Of a DNA stretch of 64,000 nucleotides, positions 35,761-45,387 are shown one piece after another; position 1 is the first letter of the stretch; the number at the start of each line of letters is the position of its first letter. The stretch comes from Acidobacteriota bacterium (GTDB lineage Bacteria; Acidobacteriota; Aminicenantia; Aminicenantales; Saccharicenantaceae): contig JBDKSB010000012.1 in NCBI GenBank assembly GCA_039683095.1, positions 929,846-993,845 on the forward strand, given 5' to 3'. A model generated the notes under the pieces. That model was not told the origin of the DNA, ran no database searches, and was given only the letters and a program-made list of their open reading frames with translations. Made by a program: the position numbers and the translations under genes.

Positions 35761-35795
35761 CGTCCGGGATCCGCCCGGCGTCCGGCTGATCTTCC

Positions 35796-36362
35796 CTAGG
35801 CCTTGGAGGCGTATTCGCCGGTCCGGGTATCGACGCGGATGATCTCGCCGACGGCCATGTATTCGGGGACCTGGACGACGAGCCCGGTCGAGAGCGTGGC
35901 CGGCTTCGTCCGGGCGGTGACCGAGCCGCCCTTGACCGAGGGCCGGGTCTCGACGATCTCGAGGTTGATGAAGGTCGGGATCTCCAAGCCGAGGACGCGG
36001 CCCTCGGACGAGATGGAGATGAGCCCCTCGACGCCCTCCGTGAGGTAAGGCCACTCCTCCTCGATCTCCTCCTTCGTCAGGCTGAACTGGCTGTAGTCCT
36101 GGAGGTCCATGAAGGTGATGCTCGAGGCGTCGCCGAAGAGGTACTGGACCGGCCGCCGCTCGAAATCGGCTTCCTCGAACATGTCGTCGCCGTGGAGCGA
36201 CTGGTCGATCTTCCTCCTGGTCTTGAGGTTGCGGAAGCGGATCTTGTAGAGCGTCACGGCGCCGCGCGCCGACGGCGTCTGGACCTTGATGGTCTCGACG
36301 ATATGCGGGTCGCCGTCGATCCTGACGACATCGCCCTTCTTCAGATCGGATGTGCTGAACAC
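35796..36362 (-). CDS. efp: Elongation factor P
   Basis: Start re-assigned to GTG 36362 (M/VFSTSDLKKGDVV) with GAGGAG 6 nt upstream, giving the canonical ~188 aa. Motif KGxxxIxxDGxP is present. Confidence 0.9.
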   Translation of the reverse strand: MFSTSDLKKGDVVRIDGDPHIVETIKVQTPSARGAVTLYKIRFRNLKTRRKIDQSLHGDDMFEEADFERRPVQYLFGDASSITFMDLQDYSQFSLTKEEIEEEWPYLTEGVEGLISISSEGRVLGLEIPTFINLEIVETRPSVKGGSVTARTKPATLSTGLVVQVPEYMAVGEIIRVDTRTGEYASKA

Positions 36363-36450
36363 GAAGACTCCTCTGTCCTGCTCTTCCACCCGCCCCGGCC
36401 GGAAAAAGAATATAGTCTTCCGGCCGGTCCGCGTCAAGGACGCGGCCTGA

Positions 36451-39372
36451 TCACTTGGGCCTGGCGTCCAGGGCCTTCCAATTAAGCAACGCGTTGAATA
36501 TAAAGAAATAAGAGCCGCTGGTCTGGCTCCGCCAGGCGGGGTTGAAGCTGAACAGGACGACGTGGCCCTTGCCGATCGTGACGTCGGCCAGGGCCGGCGA
36601 GCCGGCCAGCTCCTCGCCCCCGGCCAGCCCGCCGCTGATCAGAAGGTCGGCGGCGCTCGCGGCGAAGCTCAGAACGATCCGCGGCCGGACGGACGAAACC
36701 TGCGGCCGGGGCAGCTCGTCCTCGGCCTCAGTCCCGGCCGCGCCCTTCTCGGCCTTGCGGAACTCCTCGACGGCCTTCTGGCCGAGGTCGCGGGGCCGGC
36801 CCTGGATGATGTCCGGGTCGGAGACGCCGCCGCGCCCGGATACCCGGCCCGCCGGCCCGCCCGCCGGGGCCGCCAGGCTCCGGCTCCGGCCGCTCATGCC
36901 GCCCAGGGTGAAGACGGGCGACTGGCTGAAGTAGATGCCGACCTGGTCGTCATAGCCGTAGGCGAGCGGGCTGGTCCGGTCGCCGACGGACGCCAGGAAC
37001 ACGCCGCCGCGGGCCCAGAGCTTGGTCGTGTCGCGGACGGCCAGCCCCCGGGCCAGGCCGTAGTGGATAGGCAGGCCGGAGCTGTTGCCGATGGTGACGA
37101 AGACGCCGCCGTCCCGGACGAAATCGCGCAGGTGCACGACGCCGTCGAGCTCGAGGCCGCCGCGCATGTCGTCGGTCGAGTCCTCGGCGCCGATGTTCGG
37201 GGTCAGGTCGGTCTTCTTCCAGGGCAGGGGCCTGTCGCCCTCGAGGCCGTTGACGATGCTGAACGGGTCCGGCGACGAGGGCCCGAAGATGATGACATCG
37301 TACTTGTCGCGGAGCCTGGCGTTGTCTCGGACGGCGTGGACATCGATATAGTCGTAGGGGATGCCGCAATCGTCCAGGGCGATCCGCAGCCAGCCCTCGT
37401 TCTGGGTGTTCTGCCAGGTGTGCATGACGGCCAGCCGCGGCGCGTCCGCCTCGTGCGCCGGCACGTCGGGGACGGCGGGCACGGCGGCGACGGCGAAACC
37501 GAGCCTCCGGCCGGCCTCGTCGAGGATCCCTTCCAGGTCCCTGGGGTTATCCCCCGGCTTGAGGATGAACGACCCGGCCCGGAACTTCCGGCCCTGGGCT
37601 TCGAAGTCCTTCTCGGCCGCCCGGATCTTCAGGTCCCTGCGGGCGTAGCGGAACGTGGCCAGGACGGTGTCGGCGTTGTGATTGACCAGGTAGGCCTGGA
37701 CGGCCCCCTTGCCGAGCCGGGTGACGCCGCCGGGAGCGGCCACCTCGCCCTTGACCGGGGTCATCGCCGCGTCCAGGACCGCGACGTCCTCGACCCGCAC
37801 GGACTTGGCGTTGTAGAGCGGGCCGAGCGTCCAGCCGACGTCGTCGTACGGGGCGGGATCGTTGACGTTGAAGTACTGGCGGTCGAGCATCATGTCGGCC
37901 AGCCGCGAATAGGGCTGGTCCATGCGGACGACATAGCTCCCGGCGGGGTATTCCGCGTCCTTGACCTTGAAGGGCTTGTCGGCCCGCTGGACCTCGATGC
38001 CCTGGGTCTGGAGCTGGCGGAGCAGCCTGGCCTGCTGGCCGGGCCGCGGGTCGTCGCCGGGGAAAACGTAGGCGGCCGGGCCCTCGGCCCGGGCCTTGGC
38101 GATCGAGCGCTTGCCCTTGAGATAGAAGCTCTCCAGGAACTTGTCCTTGAGCGCGGCCACATGGTTGAGGGCGACGAGGACGCCGCTCTGCTGGAGGTTG
38201 ACGTTGTCGCGCAGCGACCAGAGGACCGAGCGCAGCGGCGGATTGGGCCGGAACCAGGCCCGGTCGGGGGAGGCCGAGACGACCCGGGTCGAGCCGTCGC
38301 CCGCGGTCTGGGTCTCGTAGAAGCGGCCGATGGCGTTGTGGCCGTTGGCCGCGTAGAAGGCGTAGTTCGGCGTCCAGCCGTCGTAGAAGCCCTGGGTCCA
38401 GACGCCGGGAACGCCCGCCTTGGTCAGCTCGTCGACCTCGCGGTAGGCCAGCAGGTTCCATTCGTCGATGGTGATGGGGTCGAGCCAGGCGTTGTAGGGC
38501 CCCGTGCCGGTCGAGATGTAGAGGTAGGACATCGACTCGTGGAGGTCGTGCATGACCAGGGGATGGAAGTCGAGGAAGGTCTTGGTGATGTTCTGGCTGA
38601 GCTTCAGGGCCAGGCCGAGGTTGTCGCGGTTGTTGTCGTGGGACACGTACTTGCCCCAGTAGACGAGCCGCGTCGGGACGTTGGCCTTGGGGTCCTTGCG
38701 CTTGGCCATGGCCAGGTCGACCTGCTTGTCGCGGCCGTCGGGCTCGAGCACGGGCGTGATCAGGGTGATGACATTCTCGCGGATGGCCTTGACGAAGGGC
38801 GAGTCGTCGACCGCGATGCGGTAGGCCAGCTCCATGAGCATCTCTACCGAGCCCGTCTCGGACGAGTGCAGGCCGCCCGTGGCCCAGTACATGGGCTTGG
38901 CCTGGGCCAGGAGAGTCCTGGCCTCGGCCTCGGAGAGCCGGCGCGGATCGGCCAGCCTGGCCATGATCCCCTTGTACCGGTCGAGGTCCCTGATGGTCCC
39001 CTCGTCGGCCACGGCGACGACGATCCAGTCGCGCCCCTCCTCGGTCTTGCCGACGTCGAAGACCTTGACCCGGGGCGTGGCCGCCGCCAGGGCCCGCATG
39101 TACGTGGTGACGTCGGCGGTATAGGAAAGGACGTCCCGCGCCCCGGCGATGTGGCCGAGGACCTCGAACGGCGTCGGGATGCCCGGGGCGGACGGCAGGT
39201 AGTTGACGTACTGGGTGAGGAAGCAGGGATCGGTCGTGAACTCGAGGATCTTCTTGGTGTATTCCGCGTCGACCTTCTGCTGGGCCGGAAGCGGGCGCGT
39301 TGCCGCCCCGGCGATGAAGACCAACGCCAGGATCAGGATCAGGTGTCTGCCAGCTCGACCGTTCTTTTGCAC
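36451..39372 (-). CDS. Large secreted M14-family zinc carboxypeptidase-like protein
   Basis: Signal peptide LILILALVFIAGAATRPLPA. M14 motifs WATGGLHSSETGSVEMLMELAYRI (HxxE region). 973 aa with C-terminal extension domains. Confidence 0.8.
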   Translation of the reverse strand: MQKNGRAGRHLILILALVFIAGAATRPLPAQQKVDAEYTKKILEFTTDPCFLTQYVNYLPSAPGIPTPFEVLGHIAGARDVLSYTADVTTYMRALAAATPRVKVFDVGKTEEGRDWIVVAVADEGTIRDLDRYKGIMARLADPRRLSEAEARTLLAQAKPMYWATGGLHSSETGSVEMLMELAYRIAVDDSPFVKAIRENVITLITPVLEPDGRDKQVDLAMAKRKDPKANVPTRLVYWGKYVSHDNNRDNLGLALKLSQNITKTFLDFHPLVMHDLHESMSYLYISTGTGPYNAWLDPITIDEWNLLAYREVDELTKAGVPGVWTQGFYDGWTPNYAFYAANGHNAIGRFYETQTAGDGSTRVVSASPDRAWFRPNPPLRSVLWSLRDNVNLQQSGVLVALNHVAALKDKFLESFYLKGKRSIAKARAEGPAAYVFPGDDPRPGQQARLLRQLQTQGIEVQRADKPFKVKDAEYPAGSYVVRMDQPYSRLADMMLDRQYFNVNDPAPYDDVGWTLGPLYNAKSVRVEDVAVLDAAMTPVKGEVAAPGGVTRLGKGAVQAYLVNHNADTVLATFRYARRDLKIRAAEKDFEAQGRKFRAGSFILKPGDNPRDLEGILDEAGRRLGFAVAAVPAVPDVPAHEADAPRLAVMHTWQNTQNEGWLRIALDDCGIPYDYIDVHAVRDNARLRDKYDVIIFGPSSPDPFSIVNGLEGDRPLPWKKTDLTPNIGAEDSTDDMRGGLELDGVVHLRDFVRDGGVFVTIGNSSGLPIHYGLARGLAVRDTTKLWARGGVFLASVGDRTSPLAYGYDDQVGIYFSQSPVFTLGGMSGRSRSLAAPAGGPAGRVSGRGGVSDPDIIQGRPRDLGQKAVEEFRKAEKGAAGTEAEDELPRPQVSSVRPRIVLSFAASAADLLISGGLAGGEELAGSPALADVTIGKGHVVLFSFNPAWRSQTSGSYFFIFNALLNWKALDARPK

Positions 39373-39447
39373 GCTCGACCTCCTTGTAATGCTTGCGGAT
39401 CGGATGCGGCCCGGCCGGATCGGAGCCCGGGTCCGCTCAATGCCCCG

Positions 39448-41871
39448 TCATTTCGCTCCGGGGATCTCGATCTCATAAAGGGAAACGCTGATCGGCGGGA
39501 CCGTAAGCTTCTTGCCGAACGGGGCGGCCGCGGTCTCGCGAACGACGACCTGGGGCTCCTTCCCGGGCACGTTGCAGGCCCTCGGGTCGGGCCCGTCGAC
39601 GAGGAAGAGCCGGGCCGCCTTCGGCAGCTTCAGCCGTCCGGCGTCGAGCCGGAGCTCCATCGGCCGCCTGGTCGGATTGACGATCGAAAGCGTCAGGACC
39701 GTCTTCGCGTCGTCCTTCCAGCAGGCCATGACGTCGAGCGGTTCCGGCGCGCCTCCGACCGCGACGGGGATCCTCCCGAAGTGGCGCCGGTAGAGGGCCA
39801 GGATGACGCCCGTCGAGTCGAGGACGGCCGCCGTCTTCGAGGTCTTGATGGCCCCGATGACGTTGACCGTCTGGGCATAATTGGCCATGAAGTAGACGTC
39901 GGTCTGGCGGGCGAATTCGTTGAAGGCCGCGGCCACGCCGAGGGCGTCCTCGAGGAAATACTGCGTCCCGATCTCGCCGTAGATGTCCGGGCCGTACCAG
40001 TAGTTCCACTCGTCCAGGGCGACCGGGACCGGATGGGCCTTGAGCGTCGGGATCTCGGCCCGGTACTTCCGGTGGGCTTCGGCGATGCGGCGGATCGCGG
40101 CCGGCATCTGGCTGACGTGGCTGAGAAGGCCCGGCTTGTGCTGGACGTAGAAGTGCTCGCTGATGAGGTCCATGTGGTTCGAGGCCTCGGCCAGCATGGT
40201 CTCGCTCCAGGGGCCGACGGCGCCCACGGCCGCGACCTGGACCGAGGGGTCCATGGCCTTCATGGCCACGGCGAACTGGGTGTGCTTCTTGACGTAGTCG
40301 GAGAGCGGCATATGGCCGAGCTGCCAGTCGCCGTACATCTCGTTGCCGATGGCCCAGAACTTGACGCCCCAGGGCTCGGGATGGCCGTTGGCCGCCCGGA
40401 GCCGGCCCATCTTGGTGCCGGGCCCGCCGTTGGCGTACTCGAGCTCCTCGAGGGCCATGGCCGCGTCGCCCAGGCCGCTGTTGACCGTGACGTAGGGCTC
40501 GGCCCCGATGAGCCGCATCAGGTCCATATACTCGTGGATGCCGACGTCATTGTGCTCGACGCCGGTCCAGGCCGGGTTCTTGCGGGGCGGCCGCCGGTCG
40601 CGGTCGCCGATGCCGTCGCGCCAGTCGTAGCCGCTGACGAAGTTGCCGCCGGGCCAGCGGTAAACGGGCGCGTCGAGCTCCCTGAGCAGGGCCAGGACCT
40701 GGGGCCGGAAGCCGTCGACGTTGTCCGCGGGCATGATCGAGACCGTGCCGATCCCGAACGCGCCGCGGCCGGACGAGACGATCTCGAGCCGGGCCTTCCC
40801 GGTCGAGGCCCCGGCCTTGAAGGCGAAGGGGAAGGTCTTGTAGCCGCGGCCGAGTTCCCTGACCGCGAGCGTCTGGCGCGCCCCGGGGCCGTCGCCCCAG
40901 ACGAGGCTGACCTCGACCGGGGCCGCGGACGCGTCGCCGCAGAGGACGGCCCGGCCGGAGTATTCCTTCCCGGCGACCAGGGCCAGATCATTCTGGACGA
41001 TGCCGCCGGGGCCCTTGCCGGTCAGGGTCACGCGCGGCGCGTGCGCGCCGGTGAAGGGCTTGGCCGCGTCCATCTTGACGAGGGCCTTGTCACCGACGGC
41101 CTGCCAGGGCGATTCCCCCTCGCCGACCGGCCAGAAGAATTTCCTGTCCTCGAGCATCTCCGCCCAGACGCCCTGGTAGATCGAGCGGCCCAGGTGCTCG
41201 ATGAACTGGCCGTAGATGTACCTGGACATGGGCGCGGCCGTCTTGCCGCCGTCGATCCTGACGGCGGGCCGGCCGAGGTCCTTGCCGGAGAGGCGGACCA
41301 GCTCGACGTCGTCGAACCAGGCCTTGCCGGTGGACCGGCCCCAGCCGCCGAAGAGGCAGGAAACCGGCAGGGCGTCGTTGGCCCCGGCCTCGAACTCGAC
41401 CTCGACCCGCGTCCAGTCCCGCGTGCCCGTGAGCGCCGGCGTCCGCCACTCCTCCTGGCCGTCGACGTTGATCTGAGCCCCGCGGCCCGAGCCCGCCAGC
41501 AGGTTCTCGGTCCTGATCCAGCCGCTCAGGCGGTAGCGCGAGTAGGGCCGGATCGGGACGGTCGCGACCCACGAGGCGTCGGCGCCCTTCCCGGACGAGA
41601 TGGCGACGCTGCGGGCGCCCGCGTGGCCGGCGGGCTCGACGGAGAAGGAGGCGTCGCTCCGGTCCTGCCAGCTCCGGGAGGTCCAGCCTTTCGGGCTCTC
41701 GCCCTGCATCTCCTCGAACGAGCCGTTGGCGACGAACTGGGTCACCCCGGCAAGCTCGTCCCGGGCCTCGGGCCTTCCGGGACCGGGCCGGCAGGCCGCG
41801 CAGGCCAGGGCCAGCTCGCACGCGGCGATCGCGATCAGGGCGGGATACGGGCGGCGGCGGTGGGCGGTCAT
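39448..41871 (-). CDS. GH51 alpha-L-arabinofuranosidase with an N-terminal CBM4/9-like domain (lipoprotein signal)
   Basis: Start MTAHRRRPYPALIAIAACELALACAAC (ATG 41871, GGAGG upstream). GH51 motifs RWPGGNFVSGYDWRDGIG and WAIGNEMYG (catalytic Glu in NEM). Confidence 0.85.
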   Translation of the reverse strand: MTAHRRRPYPALIAIAACELALACAACRPGPGRPEARDELAGVTQFVANGSFEEMQGESPKGWTSRSWQDRSDASFSVEPAGHAGARSVAISSGKGADASWVATVPIRPYSRYRLSGWIRTENLLAGSGRGAQINVDGQEEWRTPALTGTRDWTRVEVEFEAGANDALPVSCLFGGWGRSTGKAWFDDVELVRLSGKDLGRPAVRIDGGKTAAPMSRYIYGQFIEHLGRSIYQGVWAEMLEDRKFFWPVGEGESPWQAVGDKALVKMDAAKPFTGAHAPRVTLTGKGPGGIVQNDLALVAGKEYSGRAVLCGDASAAPVEVSLVWGDGPGARQTLAVRELGRGYKTFPFAFKAGASTGKARLEIVSSGRGAFGIGTVSIMPADNVDGFRPQVLALLRELDAPVYRWPGGNFVSGYDWRDGIGDRDRRPPRKNPAWTGVEHNDVGIHEYMDLMRLIGAEPYVTVNSGLGDAAMALEELEYANGGPGTKMGRLRAANGHPEPWGVKFWAIGNEMYGDWQLGHMPLSDYVKKHTQFAVAMKAMDPSVQVAAVGAVGPWSETMLAEASNHMDLISEHFYVQHKPGLLSHVSQMPAAIRRIAEAHRKYRAEIPTLKAHPVPVALDEWNYWYGPDIYGEIGTQYFLEDALGVAAAFNEFARQTDVYFMANYAQTVNVIGAIKTSKTAAVLDSTGVILALYRRHFGRIPVAVGGAPEPLDVMACWKDDAKTVLTLSIVNPTRRPMELRLDAGRLKLPKAARLFLVDGPDPRACNVPGKEPQVVVRETAAAPFGKKLTVPPISVSLYEIEIPGAK

Positions 41872-41905
41872 CGTTCCTCCTTCGGGATTGGGACGGCCGC
41901 CGGCA

Positions 41906-41944
41906 ACTTTACCTCGCCCCTGTCCCCCTGTCAACGCCTTGACA
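41906..41944. promoter_or_regulatory. Palindromic -35 pair TGTCAA-CGCC-TTGACA, plus -10 TAAAGT (minus strand), in the divergent GH51 / exonuclease region
   Basis: The perfect inverted repeat at 41929-41944 supplies a TTGACA to both strands. On the minus strand it reads TTGACA-N17-TAAAGT ahead of GH51. The spacer contains GGGGGACAGGGG, the core of the window's repeat family. Confidence 0.4.
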
Positions 41945-41988
41945 TCCGACCGCGATCTGGGTAACCCTTATCGCCGGAAGACGATATC

Positions 41989-42588
41989 ATGACACCGCGA
42001 CGTCCGAAGCTCTTGTTCTTCGACTGCGAGACGACCGGCCTGCCCCGGGTCCGCTATTTTGCGCCGGAAGTCGCGGAGGAATGGCCCCGCCTCGTCCAGA
42101 TCGCCTGGGCCCGCTACGATCCCGGGGGCGATCCCGAGGATGCCCGCTGCCATATCGTCAAGCCGGAGGGGTTCCGCATCCCGGAGGACGCAACGGCCAT
42201 CCACGGCATCTCCGACGCCCAGGCCAGGCGGGAGGGCCGGGCCCTCGGGGAGGTCCTCGACGATTTTCTGGCCGAGGCCGAGCGGCCGGCGACGACGCTC
42301 GTGGCCCACAATTTCGACTACGACCGCGGCGTCATCGGAGGCGAGCTGGTCCGGGCGCGCAAGTCCCTGCGCTTCCTGGAGCTGCCGTCGATCTGCACGA
42401 TGAAGGGGACGACAGAGCTCTGCGGCCTGCGCCGGCCGGGCGGGGGCCTCAAGTGGCCGACGCTCGACGAACTCCACTGCTACTGCTTCGGCTACTCCTA
42501 CGAAGGGGCCCACGACGCGGCCAACGACATCGGCGCCTGCGCCCGGGCCTTCTTCAAGCTCCTCGAAGCCGGCCACTTCCGGATCTGA
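41989..42588 (+). CDS. DnaQ-like 3'-5' exonuclease (DEDDh)
   Basis: Exo I FFDCETTGL, Exo II LVAHNFDYDRGVI and Exo III YSYEGAHDAANDIGACARAF. Confidence 0.8.
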   Translation: MTPRRPKLLFFDCETTGLPRVRYFAPEVAEEWPRLVQIAWARYDPGGDPEDARCHIVKPEGFRIPEDATAIHGISDAQARREGRALGEVLDDFLAEAERPATTLVAHNFDYDRGVIGGELVRARKSLRFLELPSICTMKGTTELCGLRRPGGGLKWPTLDELHCYCFGYSYEGAHDAANDIGACARAFFKLLEAGHFRI

Positions 42589-42634
42589 AGGCCTGCGGCA
42601 TCCCGGCCGCCGAACAAAAGATCCCTGTCCCGGG

Positions 42635-45073
42635 CTATTTGATCTTCCACTCGTGGACGCCGGCCGACCAGTCCGGCTGGAGCCGGACCTCGAGGCGCAG
42701 GGCCCTGGTCCGCACCGGCGCGAACTTGACCGTGTTCCAGGCGTCCTTGGCCGTGCCGTAGGCGCCGGCCGGGCTGACCGGGAGCCAGTCCTCGCCGGCT
42801 TTGTAGAGGATGCGCCAGGAGGCGGGCACGCGGCAGCCGCCGGCGCCCGAGTCGTCGAACCAGTAGACGGACGCTTCGGAGACGCGCACGGGCGCCTCGA
42901 AAGCGTAATCGATCCATTCGGACGTGCCCTTCTTCGGCCACCAGTGCATGTAGCCCGCGGCGTCGTCCGAGCTCTCGGGCTCGAACTGGTCGTTGATCCG
43001 TTTCGGGCTGACCGCGCCCTCCGAGGCCGTGACCGCCGCCTTGGCCGCGAGGCCCGGCTCGCGGGCGACGCGCGCCCTGGACGGGTCGCGGGCCAGCCAG
43101 ACGGCCATCTCGCTCCGGCCCCGGTTGGCCCAGGCGTAATACGGGATGAGGGTCAGGGGCTTCTTCTCGGTCACGATCTTGCCGGCCTTTTCGCTGACGG
43201 CCTCGGCCGCGCCGGTGATGACGACGACGCCGTTGAGGAGTTCCGGCCTCATCTCGGCGCTGAGCGCGGCGCCGTCGGGCAGGACGAGGTTCGCGACCCG
43301 GCCCTCGTTGTCAGGCCCCTCGGCGCAGTAGACGAGCGGGCCGCGCTCGACGGCGACCAGGCCGCGGTCGGCCTCGACGGCCTCGTTGGCCGCGACCCGG
43401 CGGACCGGCATTGGCAGCGACAACTCGACGACGTCGCCGGCCTTCCAGGTCCGGTTGACGAGGGCGTAGCCCTTGTCGAGCGCCAAGGCCGCCGGCGCGC
43501 CGTTGACCTTGAGCGCCGGCTGGCCGGCGGGCGGCTCCGGATAGGAATAGAGGCCGGTCGGCACCGGACGGTTCAGGGCCCAGCCGGGGATGCGCACGGC
43601 CAGGGTGAATGCGGCGTCTTTCGCGGGCCGGACCTCGATGCGGATGTCGCCCTTCCAGGGATACTCGGTCGTCTGGACGAGCTCTAGGTCCGTGCCGCCG
43701 GCCTTCATCCGGCCCGTCCCCTGGGCATAGAGATTGACGTAGACCCGGTCGCTCGCGGCCGCGTAGAAATACCCCGGCACCGAGGTCAGGATGCGGGCCA
43801 CGTTCGGCGGGCAGCAGGCGCAGCTGAACCACGGCACCCGCTCGTGCTGGCCGAACGAGGCCAGGGGGTTGGGGTAGAAGAACCGGTCGCCCGAAAGCGA
43901 GATGCCCGAGAGGACGCCGTTGTAGAGGATGCGCTCCATGACGTCGGCGTACTTGGCGTCGAGCTCCAGGCGCTGCATCCGCGAGTTCCACAGGAACGTG
44001 GCGATGTTGGCGCACGTCTCGGCGTAGGCGCTGGCGTTCGGCAGGCGGTAGGGCGGGCCGTAGCCCTCCCAGCCGCCGGCGGCGCCGATGCCGCCGGTGA
44101 TGTAGAGCTTGGTCCCGGCCATGTCGGCCCAGATCTTGTCCAGGGCGGCGATGTAGGCGGCCTCCCCGGTCAGGGCGGCGACGTCGGCGGCCCCGGCGTA
44201 GAGATAGCCGGCCCGGACGGCGTGGCCGACGGCCTCCGTCTGCTCGACGAAGGGCTTGTGGTCCTGGGCGTACTCGCCGTAGAGGAGCTCGGTCCGGCCC
44301 TCGTTCTCGTAGGGGATCCGGCCTTCGGCCCGGCCGCGGGCGTCTATGAAGAACTTGGCCAGGTCGAGATACTTGCGCGCGCCGGTGACCCTGTAGAGCT
44401 TGACCAGGCCGATCTCGATCTCCTCGTGGCCGGGGGGATTGGCGCGCTTGCCGGGTCCGAACTCGCGGGCAACGAGGTTGGCGCTCTTGACCGCGACATC
44501 GAGCAGGTTCTTCCGCCCGGTGGCCTGGTAGTGAGCGGCCGCGGCCTCGTAAAGATGTCCGAGGTCGTAGAGCTCGTGGCTCATGTAGAGGTAGGACCAG
44601 CGCTCCCGGCCGACCCAGGGCTGGGGCGGCGGGCCGCCGATAGTGCGGGCGGCGTAGAGATAGCCGTCCGGCTCCTGGGCCGCGGCGATCTTGGCGACGA
44701 GGCCGTCGACGTACTTGGCCAGCGCCGGGTCGGCGTGCGTCGCCAGGGCGTAGGAGGCCGCCTCGATGATCTTGTAGACGTCGGAATCGTCGAACGGGAA
44801 GCTGGAGCGGTACTGGCCGCCCTTGGCCCCGGCCAGGGCGGCCGCGGCCAGTTCGAAGTTCCTGACCCGGCCCGTCTCTTCGCACATCTTGAAGATATGG
44901 GGGATGGTCACGGTGCGGTTGATCTCCAGGCGCGGCGCCCAGAAGGCGTCCGTCAGGTGCACGTCGGTGAACGGCACGGGCGCGGCCGGGTAGTCGGCCT
45001 GGGGCGCCTGGTCGCAGGCCGCGGCGAGGGCAAGGATGATCGCCAGGGCCGCTGTCGCTCGGACTCTCGTCAT
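42635..45073 (-). CDS. GH127 beta-L-arabinofuranosidase (HypBA1 / DUF1680 family) lipoprotein
   Basis: Start MTRVRATAALAIILALAAAC (ATG 45073, AGGAGG 7 nt upstream). The ORF-track start at 45436 adds 121 junk codons. Cys-rich Zn site FSCACCPPNVARI and a large (alpha/alpha)6 region. Confidence 0.85.
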   Translation of the reverse strand: MTRVRATAALAIILALAAACDQAPQADYPAAPVPFTDVHLTDAFWAPRLEINRTVTIPHIFKMCEETGRVRNFELAAAALAGAKGGQYRSSFPFDDSDVYKIIEAASYALATHADPALAKYVDGLVAKIAAAQEPDGYLYAARTIGGPPPQPWVGRERWSYLYMSHELYDLGHLYEAAAAHYQATGRKNLLDVAVKSANLVAREFGPGKRANPPGHEEIEIGLVKLYRVTGARKYLDLAKFFIDARGRAEGRIPYENEGRTELLYGEYAQDHKPFVEQTEAVGHAVRAGYLYAGAADVAALTGEAAYIAALDKIWADMAGTKLYITGGIGAAGGWEGYGPPYRLPNASAYAETCANIATFLWNSRMQRLELDAKYADVMERILYNGVLSGISLSGDRFFYPNPLASFGQHERVPWFSCACCPPNVARILTSVPGYFYAAASDRVYVNLYAQGTGRMKAGGTDLELVQTTEYPWKGDIRIEVRPAKDAAFTLAVRIPGWALNRPVPTGLYSYPEPPAGQPALKVNGAPAALALDKGYALVNRTWKAGDVVELSLPMPVRRVAANEAVEADRGLVAVERGPLVYCAEGPDNEGRVANLVLPDGAALSAEMRPELLNGVVVITGAAEAVSEKAGKIVTEKKPLTLIPYYAWANRGRSEMAVWLARDPSRARVAREPGLAAKAAVTASEGAVSPKRINDQFEPESSDDAAGYMHWWPKKGTSEWIDYAFEAPVRVSEASVYWFDDSGAGGCRVPASWRILYKAGEDWLPVSPAGAYGTAKDAWNTVKFAPVRTRALRLEVRLQPDWSAGVHEWKIK

Positions 45074-45085
45074 CTTCGGCCTCCT

Positions 45086-45181
45086 AAAATGGGGGACATG
45101 ATACCCGTTTCCTGTTTTCTCGCCTGTCGAAAAGGCGGGATATGACGCCGATTCCTGATCCTCCCGGAATGATATCATAGC
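45086..45181 (-). repeat. Composite repeat element, copy A (~95 bp): full unit, degenerate unit, partial unit. Lies in the GH127 5' region and includes that gene's SD-proximal sequence.
   Basis: 45086-45119 aaaatgggggacatgatacccgtttcctgttttc. 45130-45155 aaaaggcgggatatgacgccgattcc. 45161-45181 ctcccggaatgatatcatagc. The reverse complement aligns with the composites at 52144-52216 and 55312-55380. Confidence 0.7.
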
Positions 45182-45243
45182 ATTTTCCGGCCGGTTTTCC
45201 CGGCTTTCGGCGTTCAGGCCCGATCCGGGTCGGGGGAAGACCG

Positions 45244-45275
45244 GGGAACGGGCGTCATGTCCCCCATCCTTTCGG
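45244..45275 (+). repeat. Inverted partial copy of the repeat unit (GGGGAACGGGCGTCATGTCCCCCATCC), 45-75 bp upstream of the araB -35
   Basis: Its reverse complement matches ATGGGGGACATGAYRCCCGTTCC of copy A with 2 mismatches. Confidence 0.65.
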
Positions 45276-45319
45276 GCCGGCCCCCAGGGGAATCCTGCGT
45301 GGACGTTCCCGCAGACGGG

Positions 45320-45347
45320 TTGCTCCCGGAGCCGGCCTGAGTATAAT
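45320..45347 (+). promoter_or_regulatory. Sigma70-like promoter TTGCTC-N16-TATAAT for araB
   Basis: TTGCTC at 45320-45325 and TATAAT at 45342-45347, ~40 nt upstream of ATG 45388. Confidence 0.5.
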
Positions 45348-45387
45348 AGAAGCCGGCAGTAGCCGGTCCAAGTTCGAGCGGAGGTCC

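Noticed and set aside
36562-41964. 1800-aa plus-strand ORF spanning two genes
   Set aside because: It runs antisense across both the M14 peptidase and the GH51 genes and is Gly/Asp/Arg/Val-rich. This is a hallmark of spurious long ORFs at 70% GC.
45073-45105. Nine-codon upstream ORF ATG TCC CCC ATT TTA GGA GGC CGA AGA TGA (MSPILGGRR), whose stop overlaps the GH127 ATG
   Set aside because: The ATG lies inside the repeat unit (GTATCATGTCCCCC), which recurs at loci with no downstream gene. The apparent uORF is most likely a by-product of the repeat sequence, although an attenuation role is not excluded.
45244-45275. Reading GGAAC-GGG-CGTC inside the repeat as an ECF -35/-10 pair
   Set aside because: The spacing between GGAAC and CGTC is 3 nt rather than 16-17, so it cannot function as an ECF promoter.
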